NCBI GenBank assembly: GCA_002633005.1 | Contig: NMRA01000352.1 | Coordinates: 230,626 to 294,625, forward strand | DNA length: 64,000 bases | DNA from: Phoronis australis | Lineage: Eukaryota; Animalia; Phoronida | Reading direction: 5' to 3' | Shown here: one piece after another, positions 1 through 14,004 of the stretch | Layout of the letters: every line of letters starts with the position of its first letter | Numbering within the stretch: position 1 is the first letter of the stretch | Translations under genes and position numbers: made by a program | The notes under the pieces: generated by a model | Databases searched by the model: none | What the model was told of the DNA's origin: nothing | Seen by the model: the letters and a program-made list of their open reading frames with translations, nothing else

Positions 1-282
1 CCTTTTTACATAATTTCGTAAAAAATAAAAGAATATACATGTGCTGCATATAAAAAGATTCGTCTCATTGAGACAAACATGGTCGTATGTATTATATAAA
101 ATTTGGATCTATTTCTACAGAGATATTGCTGTTTAAGTGTGTTGTTATAGCATATAATAGAACAGGCTCATCATGTTTGATGAAAACAATGGATTACACA
201 GCTTAAAAGGTAAAGAGCAAAGACACCACATTAGCTCAGAAATAAATACATCTGAGCTAGGAGGAAATTTCACATCAAATCA

Positions 283-452
283 CAGGATCACATTGGTGGA
301 TTTGGGGGGGCAAAGGGGCCTGGCCCGTGGCCCCCCTTAAACTCCCATATTTCATTTGGCAGTTTGAGGGTGCAAATATCTTACGGGTAAAATCCTGCGT
401 AATACTCTGCCCTGACCCCCCCTCCTATCTAAAAATCCTAGATCTGCCCCTG
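283..452. mobile_element. MITE-like element of a GGCGGATCTAG...CTAGATCYGCCCCTG family
   Basis: Ends in CCTAGATCTGCCCCTG and has G/C-run internal blocks. Related copies at ~12753-12929, ~14888-15118, ~25723-25958 and from ~63728. Confidence 0.5.
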
Positions 453-1390
453 AATACTACTACATGGGCAACACATCATTGCCTGACAGTGACAGGGGGC
501 TGGGGGAGGCTATAGCTCCCCCACTTTTTTCAGTGTTGGGTGCCACTCACGTACTATTAGATCGTATCATGGCAAAAAACATCAGAAAGCAGACAAAAGA
601 CCATTTGGGAAGACAAATCACTTTTAACATGAAGGATTTCATCATTTACGCAACAAAAACTTTGTAACAACTTTATTTCGAACGGTGAAGTTGCGATGCC
701 ATTGAACTTCAACGTAGCTGCTGGTGGCGCTGACATGCGGCGACTTAGTGAACGAACGACTGCTGTTTGAAAAGTGCCAATGTTCAGCAGTTTGACAGAA
801 TTTCTGAAAATGAAAGAATTACCAATTGAAAGAGTGATAAATTCCTCATCTAAAAATCGGGGGGGCATATTGCGCAACTGGAAAAACATCAATCTCCCGA
901 CGGACCAAAATTAGGCCTTCCGGACGATCGAAAACTCGCCATGAAAACTTGGCCTTGACTTCGAGAAAACAACTTGAGGAGATGCGCACGCATCTAAACT
1001 ACATCCTGTCCAAATTTCATTTGTGTATTTGAGAGTATAGTGCTCTTTTGGATAGGAGGAACAAGAGGTATTTTTTCGAAAGTTGATCGCATGGCGGAAA
1101 ATCGCTTACAAAAAATGATTTATCAGCGATAATTTGAGACAAAAAGATTACAAACTTACAAATAAAGACTAAGGTTACGATTTATAACTCAAAATTGTCT
1201 TATAGTTAACTTTGAAGTCTGAAATCGGGTAATTTACCGACGTGGGTTTTACACGGAGGCAGATATGGAGCACCGTGACCTACTTTTTGATTGTCCTCCC
1301 TATATTAGTACTGAAATGTGCTATATCAGTTTTACTCAGAGATGATCATGACGGTAGGCGCATTTTTCATGAACAAGCTTGTATGTGATG

Positions 1391-2399
1391 CAGGGCTTCA
1401 TCTAGGATTTCGAACATAGGGTGTCCAAAATGGGGTTCCCAATATTCCAGGGCGTCCATGATTCCAACGCCGCATTACCCCCCCTCCCCACCCCATTCAC
1501 CAGTAACCCCCCCCCCCACACACACAGTGAGTTTTTTTACAATTAAAAAATGCGTTGAACAAGGCTTTTACACCTAAGTTTACAAAAACAGCTCCCTTTT
1601 ATTGGGCTTTTTTAAGTACTAAAAAACTGTTGATCAAGACTTTTATGTTTAAATTTACGAAAACAGCCAAATAGCTTACCAAACGGGTATTACAGATATT
1701 ACAGATATTGGTTGAACGATGAGTGCACTGTTTTTGGTCATCTCAAGTCAAATTCTGTTATAAAGTTTATTATATCAACTTCACTAGCTTTATATTCTGT
1801 ACAATGAGTCATCAAAGCTGCAGTTACCAACAAAAGAAAAATGCACAGATGATGTGTGGTTTATATTTTGACAACAGGTGTCACTGCTGCTCCATTTTAG
1901 ACGCACATAGAAAAGCATGAAACAGGCGAAAACTCAAACATTTTAAATGGGGATATTTTTGCGGCACATCATATTATTAAAGTAATGACATTTATTTTGC
2001 TTTTGGTATTTTTAAAAAAAGATGAAGTACATGAAATTACAGCTCTGAAACACCAGTTTGGAGTTGAGCAAGGTCCATGTCCCTATATAAAGTACAGACT
2101 GGCAGTGGCATGTGAGTCTATTGAAAGCAGACACTCTGGCAACCAAGCACGTGCTCATGATTGACAGGTCTACCAAGTAGTTGGAATATTGCAACATTTT
2201 AAATACTTTGTATATTTCTTTCTGAGTTGAAAGGGCCAACTTCCCGCTTTGATTAACTGGTGTCTTAGTAATCTTTCAATGTGGGTGTCCAAACTGGAGA
2301 AATTCTGATTGACAGGGCGTCCAAATGATACATTGGGCGTCTACATTAGTGCTAGGGTGTCCATTTGGACGCCCAGGACGTAGGCTGCATGAAGGCCTG
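1391..2399. mobile_element. Non-autonomous hAT-like DNA transposon in U2AF1 intron 1
   Basis: Imperfect 11-bp TIRs (CAGGGCTTCAT ... ATGAAGGCCTG) and a perfect 8-bp TSD ATGTGATG at 1383-1390 and 2400-2407. Subterminal GGGTGTCCA/GGGCGTCCA motifs are repeated. No ORF. Confidence 0.8.
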
Positions 2400-2458
2400 A
2401 TGTGATGATGAGTGTACTGGATTTCATTGAATTCTCATGTTGAATGCATCTATTTCAG

Positions 2459-4976
2459 AGTCAACTGTTCTTTCTACTTCAAAATTGGTGCTTGTCGACA
2501 TGGTGAAAGATGTTCACGACTTCACAACAAACCAACATTTAGCCAGGTACTATAGCGAAAAAATAACTGAAGATGTTATTCAATATTTAATTCCAAATAT
2601 CCAGACTGTGTATTCATTGCTTTTGACCTCCCTTTACTTGACGTACCTTCATGGGAAAACTAATGACGACAGCAGAAAATCACCTTGTCAGCCACTCGGT
2701 AAAGGCAAAATAACCATTGTCGCAATCTTCAGAATCAAGAAATTCAATTTTGGCTTTAATTTCAATGTCTCATACTTTGGAGGCTGTCCCAAACTAGAGA
2801 ATATTTATTGTAGATTGTTGTAACCATAAAGCACCTCAGATTCGTGTAGAAAATGAGTGATAGCCTCTTTAGAAAGCTTTCAATTCGTAATCTTCTATTT
2901 TGCCTATTTAATTTTGCAGCATATCTAACTCTGTGTGTACACATTGTGCTTTTCTTTTCAGACGATTGTGATTCCTAACCTCTATTTGAACCCACAGAAC
3001 TCTGCTCAGACGGCTGATGGATCGCACTGTAAGGACATTCTATTTCCTACTTCGGTCGTTTCAAAGTTATACTTAGGTTGGCTTCGCAATGGATGGTTTG
3101 TCAAAAATGTCTGGAGTTCATTCACACAAACTTTCAAAGTTCCTCGATTGAGATATTATGTGTTGTATTCCATTTCAAAAACAGGCAATTTCAAGCAATA
3201 ATTTTCAAACAAACCTTCAAAGATTGTCCCTTTGGGCTGATGAGCTGTTAAAGTTATGTAGGACCCTAGGAAAAAGCCCAAATTTGGCTTACGTCGCATC
3301 ATCATATCTCGGAAACGGCCAAGTGGGATTTACATGACACTCACAGAAACTATGCATTATTCCTCGTTCTCCAAAGCTGTTCAGAATTGTTTTTAAAACG
3401 GCAATTTCACATGAGTGGTTATCAAAAATAGGACTTTTATGATATGAAAACCTCGACAGTTGCATTAAGCAAAAACAAAAGGATGATTTATAAAACTGTT
3501 GCAATATTTTTGAGATCTCATCTTGAAAAGACACGGTTAGTGACCAAATAAATGACAGATGGTATAAAGTCAAAAATGTAAGTCTACATTCGGAAATATA
3601 CACTTCTACAGGTCTAGTGTTTATATTTCCTAGATATTTGACTAAATGCAGAGACTTGTCGATAAAGTTCCACATAACCTTAAGACTCTGTCTGCAACTT
3701 GAAGAGTGGTATAAGAGTGAGGAAAGTTGTGTATTTTTGACAAATGGCTTTGGTCATATACAACATACCACAACCTGTTACTATGGAAAGTGGTCTGTGC
3801 ACCATAAGCTGTGAGTAAATCTCTCAGTACTCGTGCAATGCTTTGCAAATCTTGAAATGTGGTAATAGTACTTGTAATTAGTGGGTATTCTCTTGCAGTT
3901 ATGTAATAAGACTATTTCTAACTACTATTGTTATGCAATGTGAAGTATTAGGTTTAGGGATTGTCGGCTCAATTTAGAGTTTGAGAATGGTGAGATGATC
4001 TACTTGGTATAGAAACAGCAGTTGTATTTTTGGAGCAGAATTCTAAAAAAATATTCGTCAAGTTCAGTATAATGGTTAGCTGCATGGAGTTATTCATATT
4101 CGTGTGTTTTAAGTACACGTTGAATTGCATTTTTCAACAACTCGCTATTGTGGTGAGTGAACACGTGTCAAACCAGTTTTATTGCTTCCAGTTGTCGTTA
4201 GTGACGTGGAAATGCAGCAGCACTACGATGAATTCTTTGAGGAGATCTTTGTTGAACTGGAGGCTAAGGTACGTAATTATGCCATACATTAATAAGCAAC
4301 TGCAAATACACTAGGTGGTGCTAGTGGAGCAACCATCTTACCTACAATACAGTGCATGCCAAAAATAATCGGTCAAAATGACCCAGAGTTTGTTGTCAAA
4401 AGAGCTGAGCGCGAGGGAAATATCGTGTCTGATTATTTTTGGGGTGTGCTGTATTGTGTTGTAACGTTTCCTTTCCAGCGTGAAAAACATTCATATCAAT
4501 ACAGAAACCTTATGGTTTTGGATTTTGTAATAATTTCTAAAAAGTCTGAGATGTCCTCAGCTCGTATTATATGAGGCAGCACATATCATTCCGACAATTG
4601 TTTAAGAAACAACTGTATCATCTCGCCTTGACTATCAGTCGCAGGTATAAACTTGAGCACCTAAATTTTTCATCTCCCACACTCAAGGAAATCTTCTTTT
4701 GCGATGCACTTTTCCTCAAAGTATTTAAAACACAATTCTGAACACACCTATCCCAGTAAAATTGTTGGCATTGATGATCAAATTGCTGGACTTGGCAAAT
4801 TGTTATTGGCATACTCGGGACTAGTACCTCACTGAACACACGGAATTATGCCATTTGCTTGTTGCATTTTTGTCTATGGGGAATTGAAATATTGGAACCT
4901 TTTCTACCACACTGGTTTTCATGCAGGTAGTGCGCGCGCATGCATGCCCCTGTGCACGCACACACACGCACGCACG

Positions 4977-5014
<38 letters not shown>

Positions 5015-8000
5015 AATGAATCATAACTGTAGATGTTACAAGAAATGACTGCCTTGCTTTGCACTATTTATTGAGTGCATTACTATAGAGTAGATTTTGT
5101 GTTCAGGTAAACTGCATTGTGGGTTTAGAGATGAAGTTTTAGCGGATGTATATACATTAGGTATATGAGCAGTTGAATCAAAGTCACATGTTAATTAGAG
5201 CATGATGCAATATCATTGTGTTACTTTACAGGATTTATTAAATTTAGCGCAATAGAAGTATGCGCATTGTAATTTCGCCCGATTAGCTGGATAAAAACGG
5301 AAATTAAATTAGGCCTTTTACTGTAATGAAGTCTGTCTCCATGATAAGAATCTCCTCTCCTCGATAACAATTTACTTCTATTGCCAGCAAGAATATCAGT
5401 GACTCAAGAAAGCGCTTCTGAGATTAATGGGGTTGGACAACCCTAAAAGTGCGAATTGGAAAATGGCACTTGTATGCGTTGCTTGTGACTTGTGTTGGTA
5501 CTAGAAATAGAATCCTGTCAAGGTAAGAGAGAGAAAGGCCTGATATTCAGTTTTTGTTTTTAGTCAACTGAACAGGGTCAAATGTAGCTTTAAATAATGC
5601 ATGTTGTTTTGGTTTTGTTGCAGTATGGTGAAATAGAGGAAATGAATGTCTGTGACAATTTGGGTGATCACCTGGTCGGAAGTGTCTACGTCAAGGTGAG
5701 CCTACATTGTTCCATCCGTTTGGTGGAAGGATATCTGTCATGTAATGTCTTCCTTTTGTATTCAAATGGCGCTGAGTACATCAGTTTTCAAAAAAGTTGA
5801 CGAATTCCGTCCAAAATTTTCTATTAGCCTTTATGTTGAAAATCTTGAAGAGAATTGGAAAAAAGTCATTTTCTGAAAATGATTGCAAAATTAGCGGAAA
5901 GTCTGACAGACAATTTTGGCAAACACATGTGAAAAGTAACTGTTACACACCGGAGTGAGTGCATGCTGTTAGAAAAAACTGTCTCAGCTGAGTTCTTTCT
6001 TCATGCAGGCTGTGTTTGTCACTGCACTGTTTTGATTTTTTTTACAAACTAGGCAACACAAATTTCTGATATTCTCTAGTCACTTCTCTCAAATAAGATT
6101 CCTTATGAAGCTGGTAAGTGTGCTGTAATGCAGATAATAATGTTCTCTGATTGACCTTTAAACGGATTGCAAAACGTCATGATATGCACAAAGGATTGTG
6201 GGAATTCATTCAGCCTACATGGTGACTTGTTCCAACTGAACTGTGTCATCATAATTGCGATTATGATTCTTTGGAGTTCTTTGGCGTATTTTCCTAACTT
6301 TGAGGTACAGTTTTGCATTAGAGAGACATTGACACCTCCTCAATTTCGTATGGGTTTAACATATTTTGCGCCATTTAAATGAATCAAAAGCACCCCTCGA
6401 AGCATACCAAGTGTAGTGCAGTAGCAGATGCATTTTTATGCGCCCACATATTTGTTTGTGGACGCATTATGCCGTCATCTCCGTCCGTCCGTCTGGCGTC
6501 ATGCATCCGGCATCTGCTGCTCTATCTCCTAAACCTTTTGACATACGTTCATAAACTTTAGCACATATGTTCGTTTTATTTGTACTATAGGCATCTATTG
6601 GTGAGATGATGCTATCCCGTTTTTGGATGGATTCGAGGTACTTTTTACCACCTAGTGGCCATTTTTCCTGTTTTCAAGTCTTGTTTTTTAGCGTCCACCC
6701 CTCGATCAACCAAACCATTCTAAGAATGAGTTTGAAAATTGGCGTGTATGTTTTCTGTGTGAAGAGGGCAGTTGTCTATAACGAATTCAACTACTGTGGC
6801 GTCTCTTAGTGATAGTTTTGTTTTGTTTTGCGCCCATAGCTACATCTCCTTAACACACTGCATGATCTTTATTAAATTATATTTATATGAAGTTAACAAC
6901 GGACAACATCTTTCAGGCCGATCCAATGAATGCTGTGCCCCATAGTGGCAATTTTATTTTTTTCTGTTTTCCTTCGTTTCTCTGAAGTTCTGACAGATTT
7001 TTTGGAAATTTGGCAAATAGCTTTCTATTAAAGAAGCGGTGTTATTTTCCTGTTTTCAGGTGGATTGGATGTTTTTGCGACATCTAGTTGCTATTTTTAT
7101 GAAACAAATAAACAAGCATAGGAGCACACCATTTGCGGTGCATTCGTGGGCGCATTTCAACGCTCCATGGTGCTCTTGTATATCTCTGTATTGCTCTTGT
7201 ATATCTCTGTATTGCTCTTGTATATCTCTGTATTGCTCTTGTTATAAGAAGGCAGAGACGACGTGTGATGAGATAAGTGTTTACAAAGGTATCCCTCTTG
7301 GATGTACCCTAAACTTGTGGGTAAACGCTCTTACCCGGGTAATCACCCATCCCCACCTTTTTGTCAATTTTTGGTTTAAGTGGTCACTGCTTGGGTAATC
7401 GCCCATCCCCCATTTTGTGCCAATTTTCGGTTTAAGCACCCCTCTGCTTGGGTAATCGCTCTCCCCACGTATCATCAGCTACACAATTTAAGCGCCCAGG
7501 GCTTTAACCCGCGAGTTTACGGTAGTTAGCATACCATTGTTGTGCAATATGTCATTGTTCTGGCCGATCACTGAACGAGTAGAGTCTAAGCACAAGTCAT
7601 GTCGTTGAAATGTAAGCCTGACATAGTAAAAATGACGATCTGCTGTCTAGTTTGAGGTGGACAATATGAAGGCAGTCCAGCCATCTTACAAGCATTCACA
7701 TGACATGATTTCAATATGCAGATCAGACGTCTAATCAACTTTCTCATCATGTTGCTCATGAAAGCTGTGTAACAGGGGACAAAACTAGATTTATTCCATG
7801 ACCTCTTACAAGAAGCATGTTGCTTGCACCAAAGCTTAACCTAGAAATTTACTTGCTAGGTGTTGTGATGAAGATTGAAATGCATATTGTTTAGAGATGA
7901 TATTGTTGCAGCCACCGTCAAATCAGAACATTCTTTACTACTTTGTTAAGTGTGGAAAGCAAAAAGGAAAAAGCAGTTTCAACATGGTGAAGTGCTGTGT

Positions 8001-9884
8001 GTGATTTATTATTTTCCTTGAACTGTGCCTAAAATTTTACATCTGACTCTGTTTGCAAGTTGCCTTGTGGCAGCCAAGTCACACAATGCTTTGATGATAA
8101 GTCTCAAAGTGGAACCAGTTATTTTTTTAGCATAATTTCTGTTGGATTTGTAACTGTGCTCACTGGTTTACCTGTCCTTTAGTTCCGTAATGAAGAAGAT
8201 GCAGAAAAAGCTGTTAACGAGCTCAACAATCGTTGGTTTAATGGTCGTCCAATCACAGCTGAGTTGTCTCCAGTGACAGATTTCCGAGAGGCCTGCTGTC
8301 GTCAGTACGAAATGGGGTAAGTGTTGTTCCATAACCATTGCTGACTTGTTTTCCAATTTTCTCTGTTCTGAACATGTGATAAAGTGGCATTATTATTTTC
8401 GCGATTATTGTTGAATGGGATAGACATTCACACTCTGTTTACGCTATAACTCCAGAATGACTCACTTTAAGTCGATATACCACCATGAGCTCAAGTCGCC
8501 ACGTTTGATCGTTTACACTCCATGTTCGCTTTATCCTGACTGGTTCAAATTGCCTTGAGTTCATGTTGATACTACCAAAAACCCGAGTCATTTTAGGTGC
8601 TGCGCCGTTTGCTAGAAGAATCCTGTCTATGTACGGATCCTTTTGTCCTGTGAAGAACTTCCTTTACAAAATGGCGGGCTTCTCTTGTTATCGAGAAGAG
8701 TACTACTGATGTGAATTTTGGGTCAAATTGGACAACAGCATAGTCGTTCAATGGCAATTTTGTTTTTGTTTGTTTGTTTTTTTCTATCTGTCAAGCTCCT
8801 TGATGGATGTTCATGAAATTTGCAAATAAATTACTATAACTTAGCCCAGTTCAGCTCATCGGTTTGTTGTGTGAACATTACATCAATATTATCCACCTTG
8901 TGATTGGATGAAAACAGACATGGTTGTTCTGTAGTGTACGAACTGACCGTACGTAATATCCCGTTGGCCGTTTTAATTTTTTCAATAGTGCCTTTTGATG
9001 ATTCCTGACTTTGAGAAATGAGCATTATTGTTTTCAACCCTCTTTTCGTTTTCTTCAGCCTCTGTTTATCAAATTGCTCAATAAGTGGGGTCCAATTGTT
9101 TTAACGCTTCCTGGTGACAATTTTTTTCATCCACAGATGTATCTCATAAACACCTTGTAGGATCTTGTGAAGTTTCGAAAACAACATGTGACAACTCCTT
9201 TCAGATGAATCTGACTATCACTGTGCCTGGTGGTGTTATTTTTGTTTATTACCTGTCCCTGATATCTTCGGATGACAATGGAAATGAGTCTCTAACTTTG
9301 TACTGTCTTTGTTTCCCACTTGTACTTTGTTATGTATTTTTCTTGTATTTTCTGTACTTGTGTGAGCTAAATAAATAAATAAAAAGTATTTGGAGTTCCT
9401 GGATGGATTTTTGTGAAATGTGACAATTAGATTTCTATTAAGGAGATGTCAAGGCCTTTTCGTTTTCAGACTGGTTGGAAAAAATCTGCGCCACATAGTG
9501 CCGATTTTTTTATACTAATTAACAACCCCGGAAGCATGCCGTTTGCGGTACTCTTGTGAGCCCATTTCAGCGCACTACTTGTTCTTTTTACAGTGTTTGT
9601 TCTCTCAGATTATTGAAATATGTTAATAATTGCGTTGTATAATTTCCAGTGAGTGCACCAGAGGGGGCTTCTGCAACTTCATGCACTTGAAGCCAATCTC
9701 TCGTGAACTGCGCCGTGAACTATACGGACGTAGCAAGAAAAATGGTCGTCGCAAGTCAAGATCGCGCTCACCTAATCGTCGAGGATCACCTCGTCGCAGA
9801 AGGTCAAAGTCGAGGTCACGTAGCCGCGAACGCGGTGGCGGTGGCGGTGGAAGGCGAGACAGGGAGAGATCCGGCCGTTTCTAA
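2459..9884 (+). CDS. U2AF1: Splicing factor U2AF 35 kDa subunit, 5'-partial (exon 1 lies upstream of the window)
   Basis: GT-AG exons 2459-2546, 2962-3028, 4192-4268, 5624-5695, 8183-8316 and 9650-9884 splice in frame. Product: [173 protein letters not shown]...RS/poly-Gly tail...SGRF*. This gives two CCCH fingers, a UHM and an RS domain, matching U2AF35. Confidence 0.97.
4955..5012. repeat. (CA)n / (CACG)n microsatellite
   Basis: Directly visible; in a U2AF1 intron. Confidence 0.95.
6433..7180 (+). mobile_element. DINE-1/Helentron-type non-autonomous element (HINE-like)
   Basis: Starts in a T-run. 5' subTIR ATGCGCCCACA is followed by a nearby inverted copy (TGTGGACGCAT), then (CCGT)n, then CCYCCTAGTGGC core repeats, 3' subTIR GTGGGCGCAT and a GCTCTTGT end. 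A longer family member is at 28630-30327. Confidence 0.65.
7171..7242. repeat. 21-bp tandem repeat (TGCTCTTGTATATCTCTGTAT) x~3.4
   Basis: Directly visible at the 3' end of the DINE-like element. Confidence 0.9.
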
Positions 9885-12800
9885 ATTTGATGACCCGACT
9901 TCGTAGAACTGTATACGTGTTGTACACCAGTTCACCATATCAACAACTTCTGTGAATATTGCATTGTATCAAAATGTGAACCCACCAAATGACATATTCC
10001 CTATTAAGAAAACCTTTTTTCTAGCAAAGGATTTTCAGCAAAATATCTCTCAGTCGCAAACTGAGGGAGCGTTTTGAGGCGCCCTCATACAGATGCAGGT
10101 GCCTGGGCGTCTTCTGCCCACTGCTGTATCTTACACTCCTTGCAGGATCTTTATTAAATTTCATAGATGTGTTCCTATGAAGCTGATGAAGGATGCCGGT
10201 GACTTTTGAATGAATACAACTATTGCTGTGCACCTTGTGGCATTTTATTTTTCACTTGTAGTTACCTAGCTCCTTTAAAGGTTTTTGATTAAAAACACGA
10301 CTGTATTTTCTGTTGCTCAGCTTGATATACCAGTACACCTGCTCATACCCTCTGTACAATTTTGACGTTTGTGATCGTATCGAGGACGTGGCTGTTGTTC
10401 GTTTTTGAATGAACCTGACTACTATGGCTGCCTGTATTAGCAAATTGTCATTGCTTTATTGTGTACCAAGTTCTTTGATAGATCGTCATGAAATTTGACA
10501 TGTGCTCATGAGAAAGACAGTAGAGAAGGTAGTGAGAAGACGGTACACTAGTAAAATGTGTATGAAAATTAGCATGTCGTTCTCGCTGACTTCTTCAATG
10601 GCAAATGGTTGTAAGCATCATAGTACACCAAAGTAAAACAATAAGATGGTGTTATGTGCGAAAAAGGGGGTCAGGGAAATGGCAAAAGGGAGGGGAATTG
10701 TGCTGTGACTCCATAAACCTGGAGTAATGGATAGTAGGTCCATCATCGGGGTTGAGATTGGATGTGGCTTTGATGGTTACTTCTTACTGAAATATAACTA
10801 GACGGGAGACTCACGACCACCACCAGGACAATGAGGTCATCCACAAACATCTGCCGAGGAATGAGTCAGCAAGGATGAAACAGCTGGCATCTTTGTTCAG
10901 TTTATCATCTTTTTGCTACTTTTTACTGTTTTATTACTAGTATTTTGCACTGCTTTAGGTAATTGATTGCAACTGGTCTTGAGAAAGATGCAACTGTTAG
11001 TTTTTAGATGGATCAGACTTCCACGAAGTATTACCAGTAGTAACAAGACTTTAAATTTCCTCTCTTAAGAGGATTTCCTTTTTTGGTTTCAATTTTCTTC
11101 TTTATTTGATTTCCAGTTTCCTCTTTTTCAGTTTTGACTTCATGCAAAACGTTAATTTCAGTTAAATTTTACAACACAAAAACATTTCCGTCGCACAAGA
11201 TAAATTTGTGGAACTATACATCACCTGTAAAATTTTTCTTTTTTTGTCATTTGTCATTCCAAACCCTGTAGTAAGTACGAGCACATTTTAAATCTTAACT
11301 GTTGACCATGCCTCCGGTGGGCACATGTCAATGGTGTGCTGTGCTCTTGTTTTTATATCTTGTAATGGAACTGTCTACGTAGTTTATGTGTACATACATG
11401 TACATCAATTTTTAGTTCCTTAAAACAAGTAGTTTTTGTATACAATATGCCAATGTACTGTTATAAACTCTGCATATCAAATGTGTAGGCTTTCCTAACC
11501 CTGGTGTTACCTTGGCAACACATTTTGCAATGTTTGTTGTATTTTATGTGTGTAAGAAATCATGAACAGAATCTGGTCTTTTAATCCACACTGTCCTTGC
11601 ATAAACGTCTCATGATACTACTCTCTCGCTTTGCAGTTGGTGTGAAAACACTCGATACCTAGGGGCCATTTTTTGTATTTGAAAGTTTGCAAGAATAATG
11701 CATGAAAGTCAGTTTGACTATCGAAATTGTTTTGTACCTACCAACATTTATAGAAATAAACCTGATAATCTTGACTGGTCAATGTAATCCATGGTTAACC
11801 CAATTCAGCAGCACTCGTACTTTCATGCTCCTTACTATGTTGATTTATGGCTGGAACTAAACAGTAATGCTATTTTGGCTTATTTACCCAACCTACCGAT
11901 GTACTTGCAGGTAATTTGTAAATGTGAAAAAATGGATGACCCTTAATTAATTGCCTTTAAATTTGTTGAATCCTTGTGCATTGGCCATATTGAGGGGTTT
12001 GGTGTAGAAATTGGACCATATTTTATGACTTTTCGCAATGTTTTGAGCTTCTTCAACAAACGATTTTTAATCGACTAAATCAAATTTGGCAAAAGTAGCT
12101 AGTCTTACTATTACAGCTAATAAATGATGTGAAGTGTCCTGTCACGCAATGCAGTATGGGTAATAATTTGAAGTTCACTGTGGAGTGGCATTTGGCAGGC
12201 CACAAGTTATTGAAGAACCCAATTTAGAACTTATTTGATGTTCCTAGGCTCGAAACATTTCATGGAGATAGATGTGTACATTTAGCGCTCTCGAAAAGCA
12301 AAAATTAGTTTAAGCAGGGCTTGGAAATTCCCTCCTATTAATAAGAGGATTTCCTCATTTTTGGATTTCCGCATTTGATTTTCAATTTCTTCTTTTGTCG
12401 TCTCTTTTTATCATAATATTTTGACGTTTGACGTTCAGGGCGGCGGAGGGCTCACCTGAGTGCGAGGCGGCTATATAGTTAGGTCTATTCAGGCCTATAG
12501 GCATGGATCAGTCTGGAATTATGGCCGATGCCTCATGAAAAGTGATATACGACGGCGCGCGCTCGGCGACAAATTAGAGGAAAAAAGCCTTGGCTATCCG
12601 CCCGCGCCCCGGACGCCCTGTTGGGCCCGGAGTCCCAATCGTTGACGACCACGCCACTCCTCGATCAATGCCCCCGGCCAACGCCCGCCCCCGCTGGGAG
12701 GGCAGGGTCCCACTGGCCGGGCTGCTAGGCCGCGGTCTCTACTGAAACAGTGCAGAGGCGGATTTAGAAGGGGGGGCAAGGGGCCGGCCAGGACCCCCTA

Positions 12801-13771
12801 AAATTCTCCTAGGTTGGATTTGGGAGTTTGTGGTGCGTATGTACGACGGCCAAGATCCTGGCTACTTAAATACTCTGCCCTGCCCCCCCGGGAACCCAAC
12901 TTAAAATTTTAGCCGGACATTCGCCCCTGCAGTGCCGCCCTCGTCCTCTACAATAAAATGCTGAGCAGTGCTGTAGTGGTAAAATTAGAGGTAAGTAGGC
13001 GCCCAAAGCCCACCGTATCACCTCGAGCACTGAAACATAACTTACGGTGCGTAGGCGCTACGTTAATTCAAATGCTGCGCCTATGTACGTGCGCCTCAAA
13101 GCCCCACTACACATATGGCACTGATGCTGAGACGGTGGCACCAGACCTCCAGTCGCTGGTCGAACACAAGACATGAGCTTAAATGTAACCTGAGACGGTC
13201 ATGCGGTGTTTCCATATACCTCAGTATTTTTAAGGATCGGATTCTCCGCAATAATCTATGCCCAAAATTGTGAGTAACAAATAGCTTCACGTCTACAGCA
13301 ATTTCCAGGCCTAGGTTGCGCGTTCAACCGGTTGCCCTTCGATCCCTGCCCCCTGCCCACGGAGGGATGGGCGGGCTATAGCCCACACCTTTTTTAGTGC
13401 CAGTGCGCCGCCCATGTAAAACGGGGATTCCCCGTGGCCCGGGCGCCGTCAACGCAATGATCCGCTGGCCTAAATCGAAACTAGCGGGTACAAGCCTACA
13501 TGTCCTACGTAATGCACGACGGATTTCTAGTTTCACAGCTGTTGACGAACTCCCCGTCGTGGCACTGTAACTTCAGTTTCAACTCATGATTTAGCAACAA
13601 CAAACGACACTGCACCTTACTATACATGGATTATAATTGGAAACCCGCCAAAATTATTCAGTCACCACTGCAAAATCATCCATTTACTGCCTACGCACTG
13701 AGCAGCACGTAGTGTGGGTCAAGACACTCCCAACCAATCAAAACTCTTGCATCGGTTCAATGACCTATTTT

Positions 13772-13890
13772 TGCACACGGCACGCTTCATGCGTTGGCCT
13801 TATCTGCGGTATTTGTACCGTGACACAATATTGCACATGACAGTGCGCCCGGCTTTTGCACACGACACCCTAATATACAACAAATATAAG
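13772..13890 (+). promoter_or_regulatory. Metallothionein promoter: three metal response elements plus TATA box
   Basis: TGCRCNC cores at 13772 (TGCACACGG), 13844 (TGCGCCCGG) and 13857 (TGCACACGA). TATAA at 13885, ~120 bp upstream of the ATG at 14005. MREs are MTF-1 binding sites (established). Confidence 0.85.
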
Positions 13891-14004
13891 GACGAGTTTC
13901 GCGATTGCCATTCATTAACACAAGCAGCTAACGCTACCAGAAGTGTAACGCACTGTGTGTGACGACGTTCAGTATATTGACAACGCGTAGTTTTAATATC
14001 GACA

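Noticed and set aside
1091-1135. ATGGCGGAA as a possible U2AF1 start exon
   Set aside because: It continues MAENRLQKMI, not the conserved MAEYLASIFGTEKD, so exon 1 must be upstream of the window.
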